Shown in pieces: positions 1 to 12,152 of a stretch of DNA of 64,000 nt. Each line of letters opens with the position of its first letter. Within the stretch, counting starts at the first letter, position 1. Below the pieces are notes generated by a model. It was not told where the DNA came from. It searched no databases and saw nothing but the letters and a program-made list of their open reading frames with translations. The stretch is from contig NC_086107.1 of assembly GCF_963921235.1 (NCBI RefSeq), positions 108,998,001-109,062,000 of the forward strand, read 5' to 3'. Both the position numbers and the translations under genes were made by a program. The DNA comes from Mobula hypostoma. Lineage: Eukaryota.

Positions 1-330
1 CCATTCTAACTGGACATCCCTCTATTTTGAAGTTGTGTCATCTGGCCTTAGACTCCCCCACCATAGGAACCATCCTCTCCACACTGAGGTCTTTCAACAT
101 TCGATAGGTTTCATTTGATATGGGGAAGGAAGGGTTACCTGGAGCCTACCGTATCTTTACCTTATCTCTACCCACATAACTTCATATACCTCAATCATGT
201 CCTCTCAAAAACTCCTCCGCTTCAGGGAAAACTGGCCCAACCTCTCCAGTCACTCCTCATAACTAAACTGTCCATCGCAAGCATGGTGAATCCTGGTGAA
301 TCTCCTCCGCACCCCGTGTTGAACTTCTAG
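1..330 (-). mobile_element. Degenerate CR1 LINE 3' fragments
   Basis: Reverse complement resembles the 3' coding end of the CR1 copies at 62576-63676 and 21510-21940 (tctggccttagactcccccaccataggaaccatcc; atggtgaatcctggtgaatctcctc). Confidence 0.65.
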
Positions 331-332
331 TC

Positions 333-1105
333 AAGATGGCGCCTGAGTACAATGCTCCTGCAGTTGCCATCTTCTGGATAGATCATGAAACCATCTTTTT
401 CACTTCTCTTATGTCTTTTACATTTGTTTTTCTTCTTAAATGTGATTCTGGAACTGCTGGAGCCTGTGATTTGCAGCTTGGAGATTGTTTGGGTGTTTCA
501 GCACTCTGCAGTCTCTTAGGGGATTCTGAAAGACAGAGGTAACATGTGGGAACCTCGTGGCAATAAGACTGCGAGCTGATGTTCAACTCCATTTCACCGA
601 CTAAAGCTTCCATTGTTTGCCAATTAAAGCAAATGAGGGAGATTGAAATGCTGGCTCCCTGCTGTTCTATTGCTGGTGAGATCACTCTGCTGCCAATGTG
701 GGGAAACTTCCCTTTTATTGCTGGGGGGTTCACTCTGCTCCTGGAGAGGGGAGACTGCACTTTTATTGCTGGTGAGACCGCTCTGCTACGGAAAGGGAGA
801 ATGTCGTCCAGGTTTTCTGCATTTTGGATGTGGACTTGGACTGTAGACTTTTATTCAGTCTTATGGTATTTTTTAACATTTTGTATTTTTCACTCGACCT
901 TTCTTGTTTTTTTATGTGCAGAGCAAGGGGATTTGTGGGTCGATGTGTGTGTTCTGTTTTTGTTTGTTTTTTGTATCGGGAGGAAGTGCTTGGGAGTTGA
1001 CGGTCGTGCTGTCGTTCTTTTATCTATTTTATTCTTGTGGCTATCTGGAGAAGAAGAATTTCAGAGTTGTACACTTTGATAATAAATGAACCTTTGAACC
1101 TTTGT
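333..1105 (+). mobile_element. Non-autonomous non-LTR retroelement with a Rex1-like 3' tail
   Basis: Starts AAGATGGCG, which can pair with gccatctt just downstream. T-rich 3' part ends ...tttgataataaatgaacctttgaacctttg, the same tail type as at 23930-24002 and 36390-36463. No coding homology recognised. Confidence 0.5.
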
Positions 1106-1149
1106 ACCCTCTCCAACACCTTTATAGTGTGGTGACATAGAGATCCCAC

Positions 1150-1862
1150 TCGAGGTGAACTCCTTGTGGTCGGAGCCAGAGGCACATATCAATGTAGTCA
1201 TAAAGAAGGCAAGACAGCGGCTATACTTCATTAGGAGTTTGAAGAGATTTGGCACGTCAACAAATACACTCAAAAACTTCTATTGATGTACCGTGGAGAG
1301 TATTCTGACAGGCTGCATCACTGTCTGGTATGGTGGGGGGGGGGTGGTGGTGTGGTGCTACTGCACAGGACTGAAAGAAGCTGCAGAGGGTTGTAAGTTT
1401 AGTCAGCTCCATCTTAGGTACTAGCCTATAAAGTACCCAGGACATCTTCAGGGAGCGGTGTCTCAGAAAGGCAGCGTCCATTATTAAGGACCCTCCAGCA
1501 TCAAGGGCATGCCCTTTTTTCACTGTTGCCATCAGGAAGGAGGTACAGAAGCCTGAAGGCACACACTCAGCGATTCAGGAACAGCTTCTTCCCCTCTGCC
1601 ATATGATTTCTGAATGGGCATTGAACCCATGAACACTACCTCACTTTTTTTAAATTTACAGTATTTTTGATTTTTGCATGTTTTTAATCTATTCAATATA
1701 CATATACTGTAATTGATTTACTTATTTATTTATTTATTATTATTATTTTTTTTTATTTTATTTCTTTTTTTTCTGTTCTAAGCTATGTATTGCATTGAAC
1801 TGCTGCTGCTAAGTTAACAAATTTCATGTCACATGCCGGTGATAGTAAACCTGATTCTGATC
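1150..1862 (+). mobile_element. Rex1/Babar LINE 3' fragment
   Basis: Translates AHINVVIKKARQRLYFIRSLKRFGTSTNTLKNFY*CTVESILTGCITVWYG, homologous to the C-terminus of the 3849-5525 element. Ends in ...aaacctgattctgat. Confidence 0.85.
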
Positions 1863-1979
1863 ATTTAAAAGAAGATCAGCTGGAATAACATCACCTTTAT
1901 TTGCCACATGTACATTGAAACATCGAAACACACAGTGACATGTGTCATTTGTGTCAAAAGCCGACACCGTCTGAGAGTT

Positions 1980-2260
1980 TTTTATTTAAAGGTACAGGGC
2001 GGAATGAGCCCTTCCGACCCTTTGAGCCCCAGCAACATCCCAACAATCTAATTTAACTGTAACCTAACCACAGGACAATCTGCAATGACCAATTAACCTA
2101 CCCAGTACATCTTTGCACTGCAGGAGGAAACCGGAAAACTCACTCATTCCACCGGGGAGGACTTACGGAGATTCCTTATGGAATGGCGCCGGAATTGAAC
2201 TCTGAACTCCAAAACTCCCCGAGCTGTAATATTGCCGCGCTAACCACTGCACTGCCGTGA
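1980..2260 (-). mobile_element. tRNA-derived V-SINE (HE1-like)
   Basis: Reverse complement has an A-box-like gcagtggttagc, a B-box gttcaattcc, and the V-domain-like ggtttcctcc...aggttaattggtcattg. Confidence 0.75.
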
Positions 2261-2424
2261 GAGGAGGCCACGCAACACCCACACCAGGACCACCACACTC
2301 AAAAATAGTTACTTTCCCCAAGCAGTAAGGCTGATCAGCACCTCCAACGCTAACAATCTGTGGCGGCAGAGGGATAGTGTTTGATGCAGGGACTCAACCC
2401 GAGATGTCTATCACTGTATTTCTT

Positions 2425-2682
2425 ACTTAGAGATACACAACAGAATAGACCCTTCCAGCCAGCAACCCCAGACAATGACTGATTTAACCCTGACCCAGTC
2501 ACAGGACAATTTACAATGAACAATTAACTTAACCCGTATGTCTTTGGACTGTGAGAGGAAACTGGAGCACCCATGGAAAACCCACGCGTTTCACAGGGAG
2601 GATGCACAGGGACTCCTTACAAAGGACACCGGAAATAAACTCTGAACTGTAACAGTGTTGTGCTAACCACTAGGCTACTGTC
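2425..2682 (-). mobile_element. V-SINE copy
   Basis: Same motifs as 1980-2260 (caattaac...tctttggactgtgagaggaaactggagcaccc...gctaaccacta). Confidence 0.7.
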
Positions 2683-2852
2683 GAACACGAGATGTGCTCG
2701 GGACCATGTGTCACCAGGGTTCCAGCACCAAAGTAGCATGCCCACAATTTACGAACCTTTCTGGAACGTGTGAGGAAAGCAGCTCCTCAGGAAGAAGACA
2801 GGACTCCAGACAGAGCTAACACCTGATTTACCGAAACCTTGGCTGTCATGTT

Positions 2853-2945
2853 TAAGCAACACACATCAAAGTTGCTGGTGAACGCAGCAGGCCAGGCAGC
2901 ATCTATAGGAAGAGGCGCAGTCGACGTTTCAGGCCGAGACCCTTT
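2853..2945 (-). mobile_element. Penelope pLTR fragment (truncated hammerhead half)
   Basis: cagtcgacgtttcaggccgagaccctt and the flanking sequence are the reverse complement of the pLTR at 32255-32390. The CUGANGA half is missing. Confidence 0.8.
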
Positions 2946-3114
2946 AAGCACGCCCCAATTGGCATGTTTGGGTGAAAGTAGCTCTTGACGCCAGGTTTAG
3001 CTGTCATTAATGCAAACTGTAGTGGCTGCGTCAACCACCGTTGGAGGGCAGGCCACTGGAGAAAATGGTGTGGCCTTGGCGGGGTGGAGGGCTGGGGAGG
3101 GAGGGGGTAAGATT

Positions 3115-3116
<2 letters not shown>

Positions 3117-3151
<35 letters not shown>

Positions 3152-3275
3152 AGGGAAAACGAGAGCAAGACAGAGAGAAACAGACAAACAAAGACAGACA
3201 GACAGATAGACAGATAGAGAGAGGCAGAGAGAGAGGCAGAGAGAGCAAGAGAATGAGGGACAGAGAGAAAGAGTG
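3117..3275. repeat. (TG)n microsatellite followed by a (GA/GACA)-rich tract
   Basis: Directly visible. Confidence 0.95.
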
Positions 3276-3282
3276 AAAATGT

Positions 3283-3848
3283 GGAATTGAATTTAGGAGC
3301 CGAAAGGTAAAGTTGCAGCTATATAGAACCCTGGTCAGACCCCACTTGGAGTACTGTGCTCAGTTCTGGTCACCTCACTACAGGAAGGATGTGGAAACCA
3401 TAAAAAGGGTGCAGAGGAGATTTACAAGGATGTTGCCTGGATTGGGGAGCATGCCTTAAGAAAACAGGTTGCATGAACTCGGCCTTTTCTCCTTGGAGTG
3501 GGGGAGGATGAGAGGTGACCTGATAGAGGTGTATAAGATGATGAGAGGCATTGATCATGTGGATAGTCAGAGGCTTTTTCCCAGGGCTGAAATGGTTGCC
3601 ACAAGAGGACACAGGTTTAAGGTGCTGGGGAGTAGGAACAGAGGAGATGTCAGAGGTAAGTTGTTTATGCAGAGCGTGGTGAGTGTGTGGAATGGGCTGC
3701 TGGCAACGGTGGTGGAGGCAGATACGATAGGGTCTTTTAAGAGACTTTTGGATAGGTACATGGAGCTTAGAAAAATAAAGGGCTGTGGGTAAGCTTAGTA
3801 ATTTCTAAGGTAGGGACATGTTCGGCATAGCTTTGTGGGCCGAAAGGT
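3283..3848 (+). mobile_element. CR1 LINE 3' fragment
   Basis: Encodes LQLYRTLVRPHLEYCAQFWSP...ELGLFSLEWGRMRGDLIEVYKMMRG...TRGHRFK, the CR1 ORF2 C-terminus, followed by a CR1 3' UTR. Confidence 0.92.
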
Positions 3849-5525
3849 TCTACGCAAGATTCGAACAGAAGAGGAGCATCCCACTCCCTCCAGATGAACC
3901 GGACCTGGTGGCATCGAGATTCATCATCACCGAGGAGGACCTTAGAAGGGCCTTCCTGAAGGTAAATCCAAGGAAGGCGACGGGCTCAGATGGCGTCCCA
4001 GGACGGGTTCTCCGGGCCTGTGCAAGCAAGCTAGCTGGAGTGTTTGCTGACATCTTCAACTGCTCCTTGCTTCAGTCTAAGATCCCCTCGTGTTTTGAGA
4101 AGGCAACGATAATCCCAGTGCCGAAAAAGAGCAAGGTGGCATGCCTGAATGACTATTGACCTGTGGCTCTGACATCAATTGCTATGAAGTGCTTCGAGAG
4201 ATTGGTTATGGCACACATCAACCACAGCCTACCGGTCAACCTCGACGCTTTGCAATTTGCCTATCGGAACACAGGTCAACGGCAGATGCTATCTCTCTGG
4301 CCCCACATTCCTCCTTAGAACACCTGGAGAATAAAGACGCATACGTAAGGCTCCTTTTCATTGACTACAGCTCTGCCTTTAATACCATCATTCCAAATAA
4401 ACTGATTCCCAAGCTCCGGAACCTGGGCCTTAGCACTCAGATCTTCAGCTGGATTTTCAACTTCCTCATAGACAGGACCCAGGCTGTAAAAATAGGGGAC
4501 AAGCTCTCATCTACAATCACTCTGAGCTCTGGTGCCCCACAAGGCTGTGTACTCAGCCCCTTGCTGTACTCACTGTACAGCCATGATTGTGTAGCCAAGT
4601 TTCCATCGAACTCAATATATAAGTTTGCTGATGACACAACAATTGTAGGCCATATCTCAGGTAATGATGAGTTTGAGTACGGAGAGGAAATTAAGAACCT
4701 GGTGGCATGGTGCGAAGACAATAACTTATCCCTTAATGTCAGCAAGATGAAGGAATTGGTTGTTGACTTCAGAAGAATTAGCGGACCACACGACCCAATT
4801 TACATTGGTGGTGCGCAAGTGGAACAGGTCAAAAGCTTTAAGTTCCTCGGGGTCAATATCACAATGACCTGACTTGGTCCAACCAAGCAGAGTCCACTGC
4901 CAAGAAGGCCCACCAGTGCCTTTACTTCCTGAGAAAATTAAAGGAATTTGGCCAGTCCCCTAAAACCCTCACTAATTTTTACAGATGCACTGTAGAAAGC
5001 ATTCTTCTAGGGTGCATCACAACCTGGTATGGAAGTTGTCCTGTCCAAGACCGGAAGAAGCTGCAGAAGATCGTGAACACGGCGCAGCACATCACACAAA
5101 CCAATCTTCCGTCCTTGGACTCACTTTACACCGCACGCTGTCGGAGCAGTGCTGCCAGGATAATCAAGGACACGACCCACCCAGCCAACACACTTTTCAT
5201 CCCTCTTCTCTCCGGGAGAAGGCTCAGGAGCCTGAAGGTTTGTACGGCCAGATTTTGGAACAGCTTCTTTCCAACTGTGATAAGACTGCTGAACGGATCC
5301 TGACCCGGATCTGGGCCGTACCCTCCAAATATCCGGACCTGCCTCTCGGTTTTTTTTTGCACTACCTTACTTTCCATTTTCTATTTTCTATTTATGATTT
5401 ATAAACTAAATTTTTAATATTTACTATTGATTTGTACTCCTGGGAGTGAGAAGTGCAGAATCAAATATCGCTGTGATGATTGTACATTCTAGTATCAATT
5501 GTTTGGTGACAATAACGTATAAAGT
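3849..5525 (+). mobile_element. Rex1/Babar LINE, 5'-truncated, RT region disrupted by stops/frameshifts
   Basis: ORFs 3818-4159, 4156-4872 and 5073-5303 give KATGSDGVPGRVL, PVPKK, LLFIDYSSAFNTI, GAPQGCVLSPLLYSLY, KFADDTT and FFPTVIRLLN. AT-rich 3' UTR follows. Confidence 0.93.
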
Positions 5526-5843
5526 ATTGTGCTGCAGGTTTTCTATGTTTCTATATTTCTATACATATTGGGTTGGATATTCTGTTAGCTGGGAGTGGGT
5601 GGCTCGGTGTGGGACTCCGTACTTGGTGTCTTGTACCTCTGGCAAGCGGAGGTATGGGTATCCAGGCTGTTCACAGCTCCTGGGGTCACAAACAAAAATC
5701 ATCCTCACCCAACAGACACCCATTGCCCTGGGCCAAGGAGTGTATAATCTGAAGTCAGAGGAGCTCCTTTCTCCTGGGTCTTCCAGTCACTTCTTTCCTC
5801 CCACAATGGCCTCAGTGCAAGCACTCACCTGACTAACTGCGTA

Positions 5844-6447
5844 CAGCGCTGTGCAAAAATCTTGGGCACGTATAGTATATAGCCAGGGTGTCTAAGACCT
5901 TTGCATAATGCTGTATTTGTCAATGTGGAATGGAGAGCGAGGTTGTAAACCTGACGGGAGCAATGGATGTTGGGAATGGTGAGGGTGGTGTGCTGTGGGA
6001 GGGGTGTTGGACGGGTGGCAGAGAAGGCATGTCAAGGGTTGGGGGGGGTGGGGTTGTGGGTGGCGCACAAGGAGACACACCAGCCCTGAGACACCAGGCA
6101 AGGTCATTTGATTCCAAACAATTGGTTTATTGATCATTACAGAATGTCTCTCTGGTGCTTCTCACTTCCCCTTTTCCCAACCATGATTCCCCTCTCCCTG
6201 CCCCCTTCCCACCCTCAGTCCACAACAGAGACCCATATCAGAATCAGCTTTATCACCACTCACATGTCATGAAATTTGGTTTTTTTTTGCGGCAGCACAT
6301 CCTATACATAAAATTACTACAGTACTGTCCCTGCACCTCTTCCTAGAGATGCTGCCTGGCCTGCTGCATTCACCAGCAACTTTTATGTGTGTTACAGTAC
6401 TGTCACCCTAGTTATGTGCATGTGTCTAAGACATTTCCACAGTTCTG
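5844..6447 (+). mobile_element. Composite Tc1/mariner-type MITE, copy 1
   Basis: TA-flanked ends cagcgctgtgcaaaa...cacagttctg. Palindromic mini-MITE-like units at both ends around a ~400-bp core shared with 14793-15313 and 28709-29195. Confidence 0.7.
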
Positions 6448-6769
6448 TAGCTTCATTCCTTTGTCCTGCATCTGGTTTTCTTCTCCCATCAGAAAAGAGG
6501 GAGAATCCCTTTCTCTCCATCTCCTCTCTACAAGAGTCAACTCATCACTCCATTCTCGCATGGCCACAGGTGCACATGGAGGTTTAAACTGTTGTTAATC
6601 AATCCCCACTGTCCCTTCCCTGCGAGTGTTTGGTGGGACAGGGCAGAAGGAACTTCACTCTGTACCTAGCCCACACTGCCCGTGTCCTGAGAGGGTGTAT
6701 TGGGATAGTGAGGAGGAAGGTCAAGTGATTGTAAGATGGGACAGTGTAAAGGGAGGTACACCCTGTATC

Positions 6770-6972
6770 CAAGCAACACACACAAAATGCTGCAGGAAAT
6801 CAACAGGCCAGGCAGCATCTACGGAAAAAGGTACAGTCGATATTTTGGGGTTTGGCCTGAAACGTCGACTGTACTCTTTTCCACAGATGCTGCCTGGCCT
6901 GCTGAGATCCTCCAGCATTTTGTGTGTGTTGCTTGGATTTCCAGCACTTACAGATTTTCTCTTGTTTGTGAT
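6770..6972. mobile_element. Inverted Penelope pLTR pair (fold-back)
   Basis: caagcaacacacacaaaatgctg...cagcattttgtgtgtgttgcttg arms. The centre contains ggcctgaaacgtcgactg. Confidence 0.8.
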
Positions 6973-7041
6973 TGGATTGCTGCACTCTAACCCATATCGT
7001 TCCTGCCTTTGGAAATGCATAATGGGACAATATGGAGGGAG

Positions 7042-7318
7042 TGTTGTGTATTTAATATTTCAATAATATTTGAGTTATATATATATATATCTCGATTGAC
7101 TAAGACTTTTGCATAATGTTGAAATATTATTGAAATAATATTGACTAAATACTTAATTGTGGGTTATATGTAAAAAATACATGAATTCTATATGTCATCA
7201 CACTACCATGTGAAACATGTGCACTTTGGTTAAAGTAAACACAAAGCTACACTCACACTTTGTACTCCCATGCCTTCGTTTGAATTAGTTTAATATTTTA
7301 AAGTTACAATACATATCA
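7042..7318. mobile_element. Solo LTR-like element (277 bp) with a 5-bp TSD
   Basis: TG...CA ends and GGGAG on both sides (7037-7041, 7319-7323). A homologue lies at 16291-16598. Confidence 0.75.
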
Positions 7319-7469
7319 GGGAGATTTACTCTGCATCTAACCATGTTACTCCTAACCAGGGAGTGTTTGGTGGGAGCATTCATGGAGATTTACTCAGTAT
7401 CTAACCCTTGTTTTCCCTTCCTGGGGTGGTGTAGAGGAAACTTTTGTCTGCATCCAACCAGCCTCAGGT

Positions 7470-7860
7470 AGTTCAAAGTACATTTATTATCAAAGTATGT
7501 ATACATTATACAACCTTGAGGTTTGCCTCCTTACAGGCAGCCACAAAACAAGAAACCCAAAAGAACCCATGAAACAGAACAAAGACCGTCAAACACCCAA
7601 TGTGCAGAGAAAAACGAAATCGTGCAAAGAATGAACGCAAGCAAGTACCGTTCTGAACTGAAGCCCACAAAGAGAGTCCGTCCGCAGACCCTCAGTTCAG
7701 TGCAGAGCCGAGTAAACGTCGTGGAGCAGAAAACTGAACTGGCCTGTCCCTCGCCTCAGGCCCCGACACCCTGACCTTTTCAATCTGTCCAAACATCGAG
7801 GTTCAGTTGCTTCGGTACACCCTGGGGCCTGGACCCCTTCGACCCCCACCTCAATTCGGC
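7470..7860 (-). mobile_element. Non-autonomous retroelement with a Rex1-like tail
   Basis: Begins gttcaaagtacatttattatcaaagta (reverse-complement tail). Homologous to 12153-12785. Confidence 0.6.
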
Positions 7861-8519
7861 GAATGAAGAGGACGCAACTCTAATTTCTGTCTCCCTTGTT
7901 AAACACAGAAACTTTAACAATGAACGTCAAGTAGAAATGTAATGGAAAACATTAGAACAACTGACATCAAAGAAGTTAGTTTAATCTTCGAGAGTACTAT
8001 CCGAAATAAAGTTTCTTCTATACTACAATATCTGAGGAAGAGTAAGGTGCCTGGGCTTCCTATCTCACCCTCTCTGATCACTGTTCTGTGGTACTGTTAA
8101 CCTTTAGGGCAGTCAAATTCATCCTCTGAAGATGATTTCACTCTCAAAGATACTAACCGTTCTGTAGTTCTTTGATGAGATTATCTGGAATCAAATACTG
8201 AAACTATCGACCTATTGTAAAACCCATCTAGTTCAATGTGTGCTGCAGAGAAGGAACTCTCAGATATCTAACATATAATTACAGTCTTCCCATGTCTTTT
8301 GTTAATATTCAACCCCCTTCTCTCCATCTGTTGTCCAACAAGAGTACTTGTAAACTGAAATTACATTCGCTCTGAAATGTTAAACTTGTGTTAAAAATGA
8401 CTATTAAGGCCAAATGTGTCTATACTTCATGGTATTTTGTATTGTATAATCTTTGGGGGTTTTATAATATCTTGGGTTATTTGAAAAATGAATCTCAGAG
8501 TAGTATATGGTGATATATG

Positions 8520-9073
8520 CACTCAGTGTCTACTTTACTATGTACCTCCTGTACCTAATAAAGTGGCCACTGAGTGGATGTGGTCTTTTGCTGTTGTAGC
8601 CCATCCACTTCAAGGTTTGACATGCTGCGCATTCAGAGATGCTCTTCCGCACACCACTGATGGTTATATGAGTGTCTTGCCTTCCTGTCAGCTTGAACCA
8701 GTCAGCCCGTTCCCCTCTGACCGCTCTCATTCACCAGGCATTTTCGCCTGCTGAACCGCTGCTCGCTGGATGTTTTTTTTTGTTTCTCCCACCATTCTCT
8801 GTAAACTCTAGAGAATGATGTTTGTGAAAATCTCAACAGATCAGCAGTTTCTGAGATACTCAATCCACCCTATCTGGCACCAACAGTCATTCCACGGTCA
8901 AAGTCATTTAGATCACAGTTCGTCACCATTCCAATCTTTAGTCTGAACAACTGAGCCTCTTGACCATGGCTGCATGCTTTTATACATTGAGTTGCTGCCA
9001 TGTGATTGGCTGATTAGATATTTGTGCTAACGAGCAGGTGTACAGGTGTACCTAATAAAATGGCCACTGAGTG
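8520..9073 (-). mobile_element. Tc1-like deletion derivative
   Basis: TIR sequence cactcagtggccactttattaggtac (reverse complement at 8571-8596 and 9048-9073). The interior is homologous to the transposase N-terminus at 34168-34515 and 45376-45902. Confidence 0.8.
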
Positions 9074-9804
9074 CCATATTGACGCATCACTCAAAAACCT
9101 TTCCCATGCAGGCTTGAACAGCTCACAAAAGTCTGCTCTTCACCATCAACTTAAGAGACAACAAGGGGTGCAAAAAGCAAACACTGGTCTTGCCAGCAAT
9201 TCCACATTTTGAAAATAAAATTTAAAAATGTTCTCATCATCATCTTCCTTTGTGCTCCAGTATATCTTAAAATCAAGCCATACAACTAACTCCAGACTTC
9301 AGTGTATATTAATAATCAAGGCCACTTATTTAACTTGCCATGCAAATATGTGCGTAATCATCGAATTTAATTAAAATATCATTAACACTCGCATAACACT
9401 GTGAAATAAAATATAATTTAGTGCAATCAGTCAAAAAGAAATCAAGGCCTCTGAACAAAACAACACAGATTTCAGGGTGAAAGGCTACATAATCTGAAGT
9501 GTGTCTGCAGGGCACATCAGAAACAGAAAAGGCCATTCGGCCCTTCAATCCTGTTCCATCATCCAATATGATCTTTCACTTCAGAGCTCCCTTCATGCAC
9601 TAATCTCATATCTCTTAGTAATGATGGTTATCTTGAATGTTCGCAGCAACTAAGTCTCTACTGTCCTCTTAGGAATAGAACTTCAAGTCCTCGCACCCCT
9701 CTTTTCTCCTCTACTTAGTGTGGAATGCTTGACCCTTTATTTTAAGATAATGTCTTCTGGTTTCAGATACTCTCTGCCATGAGAAACACTTTCCCAACAC
9801 CTAA

Positions 9805-10520
9805 CTTCAAAGTTCAAAGTAACTTTTATTGTCAAAGTACATTTATCTCTCCATATACAACCCTGAGATTCATTTTCCTGCAGGCATACTCAAGCAATCT
9901 GTAGAATAGTAACTATAACAGGATCAATGAAAGATCAACCAGAGTGCAGAAGACAACAAACTGTGCAAATATAAATGAATATCTGTAAACAATGAGAAAG
10001 TGAGATGAAGATTCATTGAAGGTGAGTCCATTGGTTGTGGAAACATTTCAATGATGGGGCAAGTGACTGTAGTTATTTCCTTTTGTTCAAGAGCCTGATG
10101 GTTGAGGGGTAAAAACTGATCTTGAACCTGGTGGTGGAAGTCCTGAGGCTCTTGTACCTTCTACCTGATGGCAGAAGCGAGCAGCGACCATGGCCTGGGT
10201 GGTGGGGATTTCTGGTGATAGATTCTGCTTTCCTGCAACGATGCTCCGTGTAGATGTGCTCAACAGTTGGGAGGGTTTTACCTGTGATGCACTGGGTTAA
10301 ATCCACTATCTTTTGTAGGATTTTCCATTCAAATGCATTGGTGTTTCCATACCAGCTGGTCAATATACTCTTCACTGCACATCTATAGAAGTTTGTCAAA
10401 GTTTTAGATGCTGTGCCAATCCTCTGCGGAGACCTGGGTGGTGAGGATCTCTGATAATGGATGCTGCTTTCCTGAACAATGTTTCATGTAGATGTGCCCA
10501 ATGGTTGGGAGGGCTTTGCC
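9805..10520 (-). mobile_element. Rex1/Babar 3' fragment(s) with a (TTTGAA)n tail
   Basis: ORF 10073-10399 gives NFYRCAVKSILTSWYG...LLPSGRRYKSLRTSTTRFKISFYPSTIRLLN. Confidence 0.85.
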
Positions 10521-10989
10521 TTTGTCGAGGTCCTTTAAGAGTTTTGTGCTCTTTAGAGAGCCATGCACCACAAAGGCAGGGAGGGACTTCAGCCCATTGA
10601 CAATCAAGCACTTATCTACACAAATTCGCTTTTTCTGTTACATTCCCTGTCCACTCCAAACATTTCACCTTCATGCACCTACATTGGTGCAATCAACCCA
10701 CCAACAGGCACATTTTATTTTCATTAAGAGATACAGCAGGGTAACAGGTTCTTCCAACCCAATGAGCCCAATTACATCCATGTGACCAACTAACCATCTT
10801 TGGAATGTGGGAGGAAACCAGAGCACCCAGTGGAAACCTACATGGTCACAGAGAGACCATACAAACTCCTTCCAGGTAGCAGTGGAAATTAACCCAAGCT
10901 GGCACAGTAATGGCATTAAGCTATATGTTTACACATCATCTTACCTTCTTCTAACCTCCAGACAGTGTACAGGACCAGTCTGTGGAGCT

Positions 10990-11600
10990 ATGGAGAGGGT
11001 GCAGAAGAGGTTTGTCAGGATGCTGGCTGGATTAGTGGGTATGTGGGACAGGCTGGACAAACTTGGGTTGTTTTATCTGGAGCGGCAGAGACTGAGGGTA
11101 CACCTGATAGAAGTTTATAAAGACTAAGAGGGAGATAGATAGAGGTATCTTTCTTCCCAGGGTCAAAATGTCTACAGGGCATGCATTTAAGGTGGTGGGG
11201 GGGGGTGCGGAGGAGGAAAGCCCGAAGAAGGAGTGCAGGATAGGTTAAGGTCATAGAGTCATAGAAAAGTACAGCATACAACCAGGCCCTTCAGCCCATC
11301 TAGTCCATGCCGAAACCATTTGAACTGCCTACTCCCATCGATCTGAACCAGGGCCATAGCTTCCCGTACCCCTGTAATCCTTGTTACCAGACTTTTTATA
11401 CAGAGAGTGGTGGGTGCCTGGAATGTGTTGCCAGGGATGGTGGTGGAAGCGGATAAGACAGAGGTGCTTAAGAGGCTCCTAGAGAGGCACTTGAATATGC
11501 TGAAGATGGAGGGATATGGACTATGTTCAGGCGAAGTGTCAAGGTATCATTAGGTAAATTAGTTCACACAACATTGTGGGCCAAATGGCCTGTTTCTTTA
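10990..11600 (+). mobile_element. CR1 3' fragment, interrupted by an antisense CR1 3' end (~11247-11385)
   Basis: Encodes MERVQKRFVRMLAGL...DKLGLFYLERQRLR. The inner segment begins catagagtcatagaaaag, a reverse-complement CR1 tail. Confidence 0.75.
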
Positions 11601-12152
11601 CTATATTCTCTCTCTCTCTCTCTCCCTCTCTCTCTGTCTCGCTCTCTCACATGATAACCCCCTATTACAGGAATCAAATCAACCTGGTGAACATGTGTCA
11701 TGCTCCAACTAACACAAGTACGCCCTTTTTTCAGTTGACTAGTCTTGTGTGCAATATTCCTGGTGCTGTATCAAGGCACAGTACCTCTTCAGTGAGGCAT
11801 CTTAATTCCTGGGGTCCAAATCTCGGATAATAAAAGCCAATATATTGTTCACCTTGCTAATTGTACTTATATATTAACTCAGAACATAGATACCCAGACT
11901 TTTCAAAATTTCTTTCCATTTTTAAACTTTCCCACCAAAGTGGATGGCTTCACAATTTCCACATTAAGTTAAAAGATCAGCTTTATTTATCACACATACG
12001 TTGAAATAGAAGTGAAATGCATCATTTGCATCAATGACCAACACAATCCGTGGTTGTGCTGGGGGCAGCCTGCAAGCGTTGCCACGTTTCTGGCGCCAAC
12101 ATCGCATGCCCACAACTTACTAACCCATAGGTCTTTGGAACGTGGTAGGAAA

